Positions 17,119 through 25,481 of a stretch of DNA of 40,000 nt are shown here, piece after piece. The notes below the pieces were generated by a model. The model was not told where the DNA came from. It saw only the letters and a program-made list of their open reading frames with translations, and made no database searches. How positions within the stretch are numbered: position 1 is the first letter of the stretch; every line of letters starts with the position of its first letter. A program made the position numbers and the translations under genes. Location of the stretch: contig NZ_JBDFMM010000001.1 of the NCBI RefSeq assembly GCF_047238265.1, forward strand, positions 4,931,245-4,971,244, given 5' to 3'. The DNA comes from Paenibacillus sp. 1P03SA. GTDB taxonomy: Bacteria > Bacillota > Bacilli > Paenibacillales > NBRC-103111.

Positions 17119-18048
17119 TTAACTCCCTAATCTGCGTTGATGTTTATACGTGGACTGGCCGGACTCATCCACAATGATCTCGATGTGCGACTGCAGGTTG
17201 GTGAAAACCGCCGGCAGCGTTCCGCCAAGCTCGCCGTCCAGGTTGATCTGCACGTAATCCGGGGACGAAATTTCGAGCTTTCTCGTCTGAAAATAGACGA
17301 CATTCGGATCGTTCGTGTGCTCACCTTTGAGCGCCATGGTGGCGATTTTGATAAACTCCGGCAGGTTGCATTTCTTGAGCACGATGACGTCAAAAAGCCC
17401 GTCGTTCAAACTCGCGTCGACAGCCAGCTTTTCAAAGCCCCCGACGGAATTGCTATTGGTAATGAGGAACAGCATAACGTCCTCGTTGATTTCCATTTCA
17501 TCGGACTTCAAATGCATGTGAATCGGCCGCAGGCGCGGCAGCATTTCGAGTCCTTTTACATAGTAGGCAAGCTGCCCGATCATGGTTTTGAGCTTGCTGG
17601 GCACTTCGTACGTCAGCTCCGTCATGGAGCCCCCGCCCGCAATATTGATAAAATATTTCTGGTTCACTTTACCGACATCGATCGGTCTCGAATACCCGCG
17701 GACGATAAGATCCACGGCGTCTTCCCAGTCGCGCGGAATGTTCAAAGCCCTGGCAAAGTCGTTCGTCGTTCCGAGCGGCAAAATACCCACCGGAGGCCGG
17801 TTAGGCTTCTCGCCCATCCCGTTAACCACTTCATACAGCGTTCCGTCTCCGCCCGCCGCAATGATCAGGTCGAACCCGCGGTCCACGGCCTGCGAGGCCG
17901 CCAGCATCGCGTCTCCCTCGCCAATTGTCGCATGGGTGGACGTTTCGTAACCGCCCCTCTCCAGACGCTGCAAAATTTCCGGCAAACGCTTGCGCATTTC
18001 TTCCCGCCCCGAAGTGGGGTTATAGATTAATCTAGCACGTTTGGCCAT
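17119..18048 (-). CDS. dagK: Diacylglycerol kinase DagK (YerQ/YegS family lipid kinase)
   Basis: Motifs are [12 protein letters not shown] and [16 protein letters not shown]. The dagK-rlmCD adjacency is as in Bacillus subtilis. Confidence 0.9.
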   Translation of the reverse strand: MAKRARLIYNPTSGREEMRKRLPEILQRLERGGYETSTHATIGEGDAMLAASQAVDRGFDLIIAAGGDGTLYEVVNGMGEKPNRPPVGILPLGTTNDFARALNIPRDWEDAVDLIVRGYSRPIDVGKVNQKYFINIAGGGSMTELTYEVPSKLKTMIGQLAYYVKGLEMLPRLRPIHMHLKSDEMEINEDVMLFLITNSNSVGGFEKLAVDASLNDGLFDVIVLKKCNLPEFIKIATMALKGEHTNDPNVVYFQTRKLEISSPDYVQINLDGELGGTLPAVFTNLQSHIEIIVDESGQSTYKHQRRLGS

Positions 18049-18057
18049 TTCTCTTTA

Positions 18058-18846
18058 TCACCTTTTTTGCTCATAATGGTCCCGGTTAAAAAATGAGGCA
18101 ACCTGCCGCTCCAGCCACTCGCTGACCTTCGGACTCGGCAGTATAGATTGCCCGTTATATCGGTAGTCAAACCCTTCCAGCCTGGAAGGAATCACTTCTC
18201 TCGTAAAATAGCCCTCACTTAAAAAAAGCGGCGCAATGATGACCGCATGCCCGGGCTTCCGCTCCCGCCACCATTCCAGCTTCCGCTTCGTCTGGTCCGG
18301 CAGCAGCATCGCCACGTCCGTCGTTCCGAAGCCGCCGGTCTTTTTCAATGCCTGGGCAATCCGCTCCAGACTTCCGCGCCATGCCAAATGAAACAACTGC
18401 TCGACGCTGCCATGCCCCACAAGCAGCACGATCTCCCGCTCGGGGTCCTCCGACAGGCTGCGGATTTTCTCGTACACCATCTCCGCCAGCAGCTCGGCGT
18501 CCTCATCCATAGGCGGCGTCATATGCACGCGCGCCCTGATTTCGAACGGATCCAGATCCGTCGGCAGAAGCGGCTCGGGCTTCAGGCCCAGCGCGTACGC
18601 GATCTCGTCGAGATGCGTGCTTCCTTTGGATACAAAAAGCGGGATTACGATCAGATCGGTCACACCACGGTTTTCTAACCAGGTAATCCCGTCTTGAATC
18701 AGCCGTCCGTCCACAAGCTCCAGGAACGAACCGAACAACGGAACGCCCTCCGGAACCCGCATTCCCCCTACGGCTTCATCCACCAGCTGCACCCATTCCC
18801 GGCTCCGCGAGCCGTGGCTGATTACCAAAACTCCATACTTCCGCAT
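18058..18846 (-). CDS. cbiX: Sirohydrochlorin chelatase, CbiX/SirB family (two CbiX half-domains)
   Basis: The two half-domains carry VLVISHGSRS and VLLVGHGS motifs. I prefer the ATG at 18846 (MRKYGVLV), which has GGAG 9 nt upstream. The track start at 18870 would fall at the predicted TSS. Confidence 0.8.
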   Translation of the reverse strand: MRKYGVLVISHGSRSREWVQLVDEAVGGMRVPEGVPLFGSFLELVDGRLIQDGITWLENRGVTDLIVIPLFVSKGSTHLDEIAYALGLKPEPLLPTDLDPFEIRARVHMTPPMDEDAELLAEMVYEKIRSLSEDPEREIVLLVGHGSVEQLFHLAWRGSLERIAQALKKTGGFGTTDVAMLLPDQTKRKLEWWRERKPGHAVIIAPLFLSEGYFTREVIPSRLEGFDYRYNGQSILPSPKVSEWLERQVASFFNRDHYEQKR

Positions 18847-18879
18847 GGCTTTCACTCCGCTTCCGTTCATCCTGCTTTC

Positions 18880-18908
18880 ATGCTATCTAAACTGGCCCCT
18901 TATGTCAA
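18880..18908 (-). promoter_or_regulatory. Sigma-A-type promoter for cbiX
   Basis: On the minus strand, TTGACA (18908-18903), a 17-nt spacer, then TAGCAT (18885-18880). Confidence 0.45.
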
Positions 18909-18911
18909 TAA

Positions 18912-18953
18912 ACAGGAAAAATCCCCATTTACGGGTGTAAAGAGGGGGATTTT
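18912..18953 (-). terminator. Composite hairpin plus U-tract; candidate terminator for transcription coming from the yerC side
   Basis: On the minus strand the outer stem is AAAATCCCC...GGGGATTTT and the inner stem is TTTAC/GTAAA, followed by TTTTTCC. Confidence 0.4.
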
Positions 18954-19183
18954 AAGCCTTTTGCGGTCTGCTGTTGTGAGAATGGATTCGTTTGTAAGCA
19001 TCCGACTATTACTACCATTATAAAAGAGGTTCCGCAGTATTTATGAGCCCCGGCTTATCTTACCCGAAGATGCAGCGTAAAGAAACTCAAAGCCGGACCG
19101 TTCAGACAGATAAAAGCATCGCGCAGACGCTTCTTTCCTAGTCTAGCCGCCCCCGGAAAAATAAGGCTCCGCCCATCCCCGCA

Positions 19184-19231
19184 GGTGTTGTAAACTCTCG
19201 TGGTGTGACGGGCGGTGTGTACAAGACCCGG
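19184..19231 (-). other. Orphan 48-nt segment identical to the conserved 16S rRNA region around the decoding site (E. coli ~1385-1432)
   Basis: The minus strand reads CCGGGTCTTGTACACACCGCCCGTCACACCACGAGAGTTTACAACACC. This contains the universal TGTACACACCGCCCGTC block. The flanks do not continue as 16S. Confidence 0.8.
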
Positions 19232-19666
19232 CGGTAACTCTCATGCCTTCGGGTATCTTCTAGAACGACAAACGCCTTGATGTGTCAGGTGACGAACGAA
19301 TCCATTTCTTTAAGGCCGACACCCCATGACCGACATGAATCAGTACTTTCAGCATCATGATCGTGTTCCGTTTGAAAGATCATTCGTCCACTACCAGTGG
19401 ACACCATGAAATTACGAGGTCATCGAACGTCACAGCCTTACCGTCAAGCTGCCCATCATCGGCCCTCTCTCGGCATCCGGTTCCGCCCTTCGAAATTTGT
19501 ACCGAACAGACAACAAAGCAGCCAAAGAAGAGTCTTTATGAACCGGTCACGATCCTCGGCCAACTTCCCTGAAGCATCTGGCTCTTGCCAACCATCACTG
19601 CTTCGCTTTTGCAGTTTCCGTCTCCTGACTAGGGAGCAAAATCCGGTGACGCCCCTCCGGGCCGCT

Positions 19667-19957
19667 CTAGCGGTTCAGACGATCCAGCGTCAGTACGTAA
19701 CCGTCGTTTCCGTAGTTCAGGCACCGTTTAACGCGCGAAATCGTTGCTGTGCTTGCGCCCGTCTCGGCTTCGATCTGATTGTACGTGCAACCTTTGCGCA
19801 GCATGCGCGCCACTTCCAGACGCTGCGACAGCGACTGGATCTCGTTCACCGTACAAAGATCGTCAAAAAATGTATAGCATTCCTCCAGGCTGTTCAATGT
19901 AAGAATCGCCTCGAAAAGCTGGTCAATCGCTTTATCATTTAGTTTTTTCAACTGCAT
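19667..19957 (-). CDS. yerC: YerC/YecD-family TrpR-like DNA-binding protein
   Basis: The sequence MQLKKLNDKAIDQLFEAIL...CTYNQIEAETGASTATISRVKRCLNYG carries the TrpR-type HTH. AGGGG lies 8 nt before the ATG at 19957. The track start at 19975 is the alternative. Confidence 0.85.
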   Translation of the reverse strand: MQLKKLNDKAIDQLFEAILTLNSLEECYTFFDDLCTVNEIQSLSQRLEVARMLRKGCTYNQIEAETGASTATISRVKRCLNYGNDGYVLTLDRLNR

Positions 19958-20242
19958 ATCTTCAACCCCTAGCATTCCATTTCATCTGGTATTTCTGGAC
20001 AATCGGTAGAGCAATAACTTCTATTTCGACAGGTTTATTATAATCTCCTTCCTTTACAATTGCAAAACAGTAAAATTTTTAAGCGTTACCGCTCTAAATC
20101 GCGACCTTCTCCTGGTAGTGTACATTTGGCCGTTCCGGTTCCCGTGACATTTTCCCCGTACCCGTGATATCCGTCCAGTCCAAACGTTTGCCTATCACAT
20201 AGGATACAGCAGTAAATCCTTTGCAAAGGATCGTGAATTCAA

Positions 20243-20842
20243 GTGAGCTATCGTTATCCGACACACGGCCGACAGCCGGAGGTGCAAACCAGAAGCTTGT
20301 TCTCGCCGGGTCCGGCAGGAGGGCAGGGCGGAGCTCCTTTCCAGGGCGGCGGAATACCGGGAGGAGGCTTTGCTGAAGGCGGGTTCCCGGGGGGCGGCTT
20401 TTCAGGCGGCGGGTTCCCGGGAGGCCCCGGGGGCGGAGGTTTTCCTCAGGGCGGTCCCGGATTTTCCGAATTCGGCCAGAATTTGCCCGTTCCCGTTAAC
20501 TCCGCGGCACCGGCCGCCGCAGCCGGAAGTTCGGCAGGAGGAGCCGGCGGCCTCTTAGGCGGGATGAACATCAACCAGATCAAAGGCTTCATTGACCGCA
20601 TGGGCGGAATTGAAGGCGTCATCGGCACCATGGGTAAAGTGCAGAAATTCGTCGGCTCCGTCCAGCAGTTCGCTCCCATGATCAAACTGCTGTTCAGCGG
20701 CTTCGGAGCCAAGGCGGCCACCAAACGCGCAGATTCCGCATACACTCCCAAGCGCAAAAAGAAAAGAAAATCCGGGTCGGCCAAACGTAAAGGCCAAACA
20801 ACTAAAACAAACAAGCGCCGCAAACGGTCCACGCGCAGGTAA
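20243..20842 (+). CDS. Glycine-rich, C-terminally lysine/arginine-rich low-complexity protein (YqfQ/VrrA-like by recollection)
   Basis: Track ORF with GGF/GGP repeats, a central MNINQIKGFIDRMGG...FAPMIKLLF segment and a KRKKKRK tail, followed by a terminator. A CATAGGATA element ~30 nt upstream resembles a mother-cell sigma -10. Confidence 0.55.
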   Translation: MSYRYPTHGRQPEVQTRSLFSPGPAGGQGGAPFQGGGIPGGGFAEGGFPGGGFSGGGFPGGPGGGGFPQGGPGFSEFGQNLPVPVNSAAPAAAAGSSAGGAGGLLGGMNINQIKGFIDRMGGIEGVIGTMGKVQKFVGSVQQFAPMIKLLFSGFGAKAATKRADSAYTPKRKKKRKSGSAKRKGQTTKTNKRRKRSTRR

Positions 20843-20851
20843 TGCATCATT

Positions 20852-20881
20852 CCGGGTCCCCGGCAGGGGCCCGGGTTTTTC
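20852..20881 (+). terminator. Rho-independent terminator
   Basis: CCGGGTCCCC-GGCA-GGGGCCCGG followed by TTTTT. Confidence 0.6.
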
Positions 20882-21188
20882 ATTTCCGCCACAGCCAACT
20901 AGGAGCCCTAGTCAAAAGATCGCTTCCACAATCAAGAACTATATCGGTTCCGGCACAAAAAATATATAGAATCCTCCTCCATTTACATAAAATAAACAGG
21001 AAAATGTTTTGGATATAGTCTCAGCGAGCTGTCCGTCATCTCCCGCTTGAAATAAGGATCACAATCTCAACACATCACCTACGCTTTTACAACCGTCACT
21101 CACAGCTTTCGCAAGGTTACGGTGCTGTATGGGCTGCGATCCGGAAACAACAGCCGGCTACCCCGCAAGCTAAAGCTGAACGGGCTAG

Positions 21189-21303
21189 GCAGACCGCTGT
21201 GCATGAGCGCTATGCAGAGCGCTATGCAGATCAGTGTGCAGACCGCTGTACGAGCGCTATGCAGATTGCTGTGCAGACCGCTGTGCATGAGGGACACTGT
21301 CCC
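21189..21303. repeat. Intergenic degenerate tandem repeat ending in a short palindrome
   Basis: GCAGACCGCTGT occurs at 21189, 21238 and 21273. GCGCTATGCAGA occurs at 21207, 21219 and 21254. The palindrome GGGACACTGTCCC is at 21291-21303. Confidence 0.65.
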
Positions 21304-21404
21304 GCCCAAGCACACGCTAAGCTCCGCCCGCCTTCATCTCCGCCTCCCCCGCTCCCCCTGTGATATACTTGACGTATACTCACTAGGACGGGCGGGTGAT
21401 CCCT

Positions 21405-21833
21405 ATGAAGGCTCCAACTCCCGGCCCGGAAACTGTCTCCGGGCCGGTGGTCTTGTTCGACGGCGTCTGCAACCTGTGCAATGCCGCCGTCCGGTTCACC
21501 GTGCGCCGCGACCCGGCCGGACACATCCGGTTCGCGGCGCTGCAGTCGGAAGCCGGGCAGCGGCTGCTTGCCCGGCACGGCCTGCCTGCGGCCTCCTTCG
21601 ATTCCTTCGTACTCATCGAAGGAGGCCGCGCCTACACGCAGTCGTCCGCCGGACTGCGTGTGCTGCGCCGGCTGCGGTACCCGTGGCCGCTGCTGTACGG
21701 CTTCATGGCGGTGCCGAAGCCGGTCCGCGATGCGGTGTACCGCTGGATCGCGCGCAACCGCTACCGCTGGTTCGGGCAGCGGGACGCGTGCATGGTCCCC
21801 ACGCCGGATCTGCGCCGGCGTTTCCTCGACTAG
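21405..21833 (+). CDS. Thiol-disulfide oxidoreductase DCC family (DUF393)
   Basis: VVLFDGVCNLCNAAVRF is the DCC CxxC motif. The start is ATG 21405 or GTG 21396. Confidence 0.8.
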   Translation: MKAPTPGPETVSGPVVLFDGVCNLCNAAVRFTVRRDPAGHIRFAALQSEAGQRLLARHGLPAASFDSFVLIEGGRAYTQSSAGLRVLRRLRYPWPLLYGFMAVPKPVRDAVYRWIARNRYRWFGQRDACMVPTPDLRRRFLD

Positions 21834-21851
21834 GGACCGACCCCATGCCAT

Positions 21852-21900
21852 AAAAATAAATAACCGGCATCTCATCGCGAGACGCCGGTTATTTATTTTT
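21852..21900. terminator. Bidirectional rho-independent terminator between convergent genes
   Basis: AAATAAATAACCGGC...GCCGGTTATTTATTT forms a 15-bp stem flanked by A-runs and T-runs. Confidence 0.7.
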
Positions 21901-21906
21901 ACCCTT

Positions 21907-23139
21907 TTATTGGAAAGTTACTTCCATTTGGTTATGCGTATGACTCAGCAGTTGAGATGCCGCGGATTTTTGATTCGATTGGGATTGGAAGCCTGTCAGA
22001 GTACGCGCTTCAGCTTCAGCCTGCTGCTTCGGTTGTCCGTTTACGAACTCGCCTTCGTACAGAAGCTTTCCGCTGGCATCGTACAAACGACCGTAGCCTT
22101 GTGCAAGGTTTTTACGGAATCCGCCTTCATAGATGACTTTTCCCTTCTCGTTGTATTCCGTTCCGAAGCCTTCACGCTTGCCGTTTTTATACATACCGAC
22201 ATATTTCCAGCCGTCCGACCAATGGAAGACACCCGCGCACTCAATGCCTCCTTTGGAGAAGAAGCCTTCGAACTTGCTTCCGTCCGCCCAGTTGATTTTG
22301 CCGACGCCGTGGAATTCGTCTTTATCGAAGAAACCGACATACTTGTTATAACCGGTAATGCTGCCCGGCGGTTCGCCGCAAGGTTCCCACGCCCAGTAGT
22401 AGGTGCCGTAGCCCTGCTTTTTACCCGCTTTCCACAGACCGTCGTATTCCAGATGCTTATCGGCGTAATACGATTTGCCTTGTCCGTCGAATTTGTTCGC
22501 TTTCCAGTTACCGTCATAACGGAGCACGCCATTCGGGTCGTAGTACTTGCCTTTGCCTTCAAACTTGCTGTTTACCATATACCCGTCGTAGAATACCTTA
22601 CCGTTCGGGTAGAAGAGCTTGATGTAACCGGTGTAACCTTGATTCTCCGCCTTCAGCAATTTCTGAGCTTGTGGGGATTGTGTCAGCGTACCTGTGTAGA
22701 GGGTTTCCAGCACATCCGTAAGCAGGGTATCATTCAAGGAAATGAGTGCATTCTCCCCGTCTACTTTCAGCTTGCGTCCCGTCAGGTCCGCGAATGCCTG
22801 CAGGTTGAGCTTGTTCCCGCTTTGAAGAACGGCGGCACCCGCATTGACCGTCTCGCCATTCACTACAAAAGAACTGGAGCCGGATACCAGCTCGATTTTG
22901 GAGCCGCCTTTGGAAGCGATCCAGCCTTTACCGTATACGTTTTCCTGCACCGTGTAGCCGAGACTGCCAAGAACCGGCGCCAAGTCCACATAAGCTGTTT
23001 CTCCTGAAATTTGAGGTTCCGCCGACAGTCCGATTGCCTTGTCGTTGACTTCTAACTGCGTTCCAGAGGCTGCGGAAGCCGCAAGCGGAAGCAGGAACAA
23101 AGCCAGCATCAGAGTCAATCCGTAAACTAACTTTTTCAT
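21907..23139 (-). CDS. Secreted protein with a signal peptide, a copper-amine-oxidase-N-like stalk domain and MORN repeats
   Basis: MKKLVYGLTLMLALFLLPLAASAAS is the signal peptide. Repeated Y(D/E)G.W...K..G.G units follow, e.g. YDGNWKANKFDGQGKSYY. GGGAGGG lies 6 nt before the ATG at 23139. Confidence 0.8.
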   Translation of the reverse strand: MKKLVYGLTLMLALFLLPLAASAASGTQLEVNDKAIGLSAEPQISGETAYVDLAPVLGSLGYTVQENVYGKGWIASKGGSKIELVSGSSSFVVNGETVNAGAAVLQSGNKLNLQAFADLTGRKLKVDGENALISLNDTLLTDVLETLYTGTLTQSPQAQKLLKAENQGYTGYIKLFYPNGKVFYDGYMVNSKFEGKGKYYDPNGVLRYDGNWKANKFDGQGKSYYADKHLEYDGLWKAGKKQGYGTYYWAWEPCGEPPGSITGYNKYVGFFDKDEFHGVGKINWADGSKFEGFFSKGGIECAGVFHWSDGWKYVGMYKNGKREGFGTEYNEKGKVIYEGGFRKNLAQGYGRLYDASGKLLYEGEFVNGQPKQQAEAEARTLTGFQSQSNQKSAASQLLSHTHNQMEVTFQ

Positions 23140-23451
23140 TTCTCGCCCTCCCAGATACAAATCTTTTCTGTTCTACTTTACGATACATAATGTAACTTGT
23201 AAATAGGTTATTTGAATTATTGATACAAAATGTTTCAAAAATAGAGTAGAACTCATTTCCTGGTACCTGCCGCCCTGCGAATAGCCCTTTCGTTTAAGGT
23301 CATACTAAGCCAAATTGCTCTGTTTTTCCTTCTTTGAAAACCGCCATCCTAGCAATTTCGTTCTTAAAATTCCGGCTTCTTATGCTTTCTTATTAAGTTT
23401 ATAAAGAAATAATTTTTCAGAGAAATTTCGGCGTATTGGAGGGTTTCGTGA

Positions 23452-23604
23452 ATGAGTATGATTGAGGCATTTATCCGGGCACATTGGATTCCGATAGTGC
23501 TGGTAATCGGCTGTTTATATGCCGTCTATCTTGTATACAGCAAAAAAAACGAGCTCCAACTGTATTGGCTGAACAAAAGGGAAGCGAAAAAGCGCCGGTC
23601 ATAA
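23452..23604 (+). CDS. Small hypothetical membrane protein (50 aa)
   Basis: Not in the track because it is under 60 aa. GGAGG lies 9 nt before the ATG. The product is MSMIEAFIRAHWIPIVLVIGCLYAVYLVYSKKNELQLYWLNKREAKKRRS, with one TM segment and a basic tail. Confidence 0.45.
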   Translation: MSMIEAFIRAHWIPIVLVIGCLYAVYLVYSKKNELQLYWLNKREAKKRRS

Positions 23605-23854
23605 GCCGGACCTCTCCGATATCCTTTACAATCTTTTTAAATGAAGGAAAACGATCTCCCTGCATGCGGGCTGAATGTATACAAACAGGCCATTTTTCCG
23701 CACCGTGCGAAGCTTCAAGCGCGCAGTACTCGGCGTCGCATGACGTTGGTCAACCTTTCGATATGCCCCCCTTTGCACACCTACAGAGACGTAAATGGAG
23801 ATACGGTAAAAGACAGCAACCACATACATGTATTCTTCCCCTGGCCTGTGAAAA

Positions 23855-23900
23855 AGTAAAAAACGCACGGTTCTTCCGAAGAAGATCCGTGCGTTTTATT
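23855..23900. terminator. Bidirectional rho-independent terminator; ends the pur operon transcript on the minus strand
   Basis: AAAACGCACGG...CCGTGCGTTTT with an inner TCTTC/GAAGA stem. T-runs follow on both strands. Confidence 0.7.
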
Positions 23901-24047
23901 TGGTTAAACCGCTGAAACCAAAAACTGTCCGAGCCCAAGCAAAAACCGGAGTGGAACAATTGCCTACATCGGTATCGGCCTGGAGCGGCGCCGTCTATAT
24001 GCCGGCCAGCTCGGCGATGGTGGCGGATTGCGAGGAACCATCATCCT

Positions 24048-24202
24048 CTGCCGCCGCTTCATCGATGTCCATGCTTTATCGTGAATTCCGCCCGGCCTCT
24101 ACTTCATGGAGTATAATGCTCCAGCACGATATCGTTCCGGTTCTGCCGCCGCTTCACGGCCGCTCATGCTTTAAGCGTGGTTTCCGCCGGCCCTTACTTC
24201 AT
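24048..24202 (-). repeat. Imperfect ~60-bp direct repeat; the last codons of purD plus the downstream sequence are duplicated 95 bp further on
   Basis: Copy 24143-24202 and copy 24048-24107 share ATGAAGTA(A/G), GGCCGG(G)CGGAA, AAAGCATG and GAAGCGGCGGCAG blocks (minus-strand reading). Confidence 0.55.
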
Positions 24203-25462
24203 CGCATTCAAAGCCTTCAACGCGATATCCGTCCGGTTCTGCTTCCCTTCGAAGGAGATGCGGTCCGCGGCGGCATACGCCTTCTCGCGCGCATCGGCAA
24301 TGTCACGGCCCAGCGCCGTGACGCCAAGCACACGGCCGCCGCTGGTCACCAGCCGGCCGTCTTCAAGCGCCGTACCCGCATGGAACACGAGGGCGCCGCC
24401 TGCGGCGTCCAGGCCTTCGATGGGCAGTCCCTTCGGGTACGAGCCGGGATAGCCGCCGGATGCGAGAATCACGCATACGGCCGCTTCCTCGCTCCACTCG
24501 ATATCAAGGTCCGCCAGGCGGCCTTCGAGTGTCGCCAGAATGATCTCCAGCAGGTCGGTTTTCAGCCGGGGCAGAATGACCTGCGTCTCCGGATCGCCGA
24601 AGCGGGCGTTGAACTCGATCGTCTTCGGTCCGTCCGCTGTGATCATCAGTCCCGCGTAGAGTACCCCGCGGAACGGGCGCCCTTCCTTCACCATCGCCTC
24701 GGCCGCCGGCTTCACGATGGTGTCCAGCGCCTGCTGCACGATCTCCTGCGGGATGTGCGGCACCGGCGAATACGTGCCCATGCCGCCGGTGTTGGGTCCC
24801 TTGTCGCCGTCGAAAACCGGCTTATGGTCCTGGGAAGGCACCATCGGCTTCACGACATTGCCGTCAACGAACGCCAGCAGGGACATTTCCTGTCCTTGCA
24901 GGAATTCTTCGATGACGACGCGGTTGCCGGAAGCGCCGAACTGCTTCTCGACCATAATTTCCTTCAGCGCTTTTTCCGCTTCCTCCAGCGTCGAGGCCAC
25001 GATTACGCCTTTGCCGGCGGCCAGCCCGTCCGCTTTAATGACGATCGGCGCTCCGAGCTTGCGCAGGTAAGCCAGCGCAGCCTCGTAGTCCTCGAACGCT
25101 TCATAAGCGGCCGTAGGAATCTCGTATTTTTTCAGCAGATGCTTCATAAACACTTTGCTTCCTTCGATCTCCGCCGCCGCCCGGTTCGGGCCGTATGCGC
25201 GGATGCCGTGCTCTTCCAGGTAATCCACGATGCCTTCGTAAAGCGGATCGTCCGGTCCTACCACGACCAGATCAATGCTGTTCTGGCGGACGAACTCCGC
25301 GATCTCGGCAAACTGGAACTCCGTAATCGGCACGCATTCCGCCAAATCCGCAATGCCTCCGTTGCCCGGTGCGCAGAACAGAGCCGTCACCTTCGGGCTT
25401 TTGCGAAGCGACCAGACGATCGCATGCTCCCGACCTCCGCGGCCGATAACCAATATGCGCAT
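24194..25462 (-). CDS. purD: Phosphoribosylamine-glycine ligase PurD
   Basis: MRILVIGRGGREHAIVW, an ATP-grasp fold, and last position in the pur operon. Confidence 0.95.
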   Translation of the reverse strand: MRILVIGRGGREHAIVWSLRKSPKVTALFCAPGNGGIADLAECVPITEFQFAEIAEFVRQNSIDLVVVGPDDPLYEGIVDYLEEHGIRAYGPNRAAAEIEGSKVFMKHLLKKYEIPTAAYEAFEDYEAALAYLRKLGAPIVIKADGLAAGKGVIVASTLEEAEKALKEIMVEKQFGASGNRVVIEEFLQGQEMSLLAFVDGNVVKPMVPSQDHKPVFDGDKGPNTGGMGTYSPVPHIPQEIVQQALDTIVKPAAEAMVKEGRPFRGVLYAGLMITADGPKTIEFNARFGDPETQVILPRLKTDLLEIILATLEGRLADLDIEWSEEAAVCVILASGGYPGSYPKGLPIEGLDAAGGALVFHAGTALEDGRLVTSGGRVLGVTALGRDIADAREKAYAAADRISFEGKQNRTDIALKALNAMK

Positions 25463-25481
25463 AGTGTCCCGCCTCCCGCTT

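Noticed and set aside
19618-19630. B12-box-like AGTCAGGAGACGG (minus strand), suggesting a cobalamin riboswitch upstream of cbiX
   Set aside because: The other partial matches (GGGAAG, CCACTG) occur in the reverse of the order required in a cobalamin riboswitch. The motif sits ~750 nt from cbiX, upstream of an intervening terminator and the cbiX promoter.
19357-19942. Plus-strand ORFs of 71 aa and 181 aa in the yerC/cbiX gap
   Set aside because: The 181-aa ORF is largely antisense to yerC. Both are Arg/Ser/Pro-rich and have no RBS.
23641-23859. 72-aa plus-strand ORF ending just before the bidirectional terminator (and the overlapping 80-aa minus-strand ORF)
   Set aside because: It has no RBS and no recognisable features. 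The minus-strand ORF would start inside the terminator stem. It is left unannotated.
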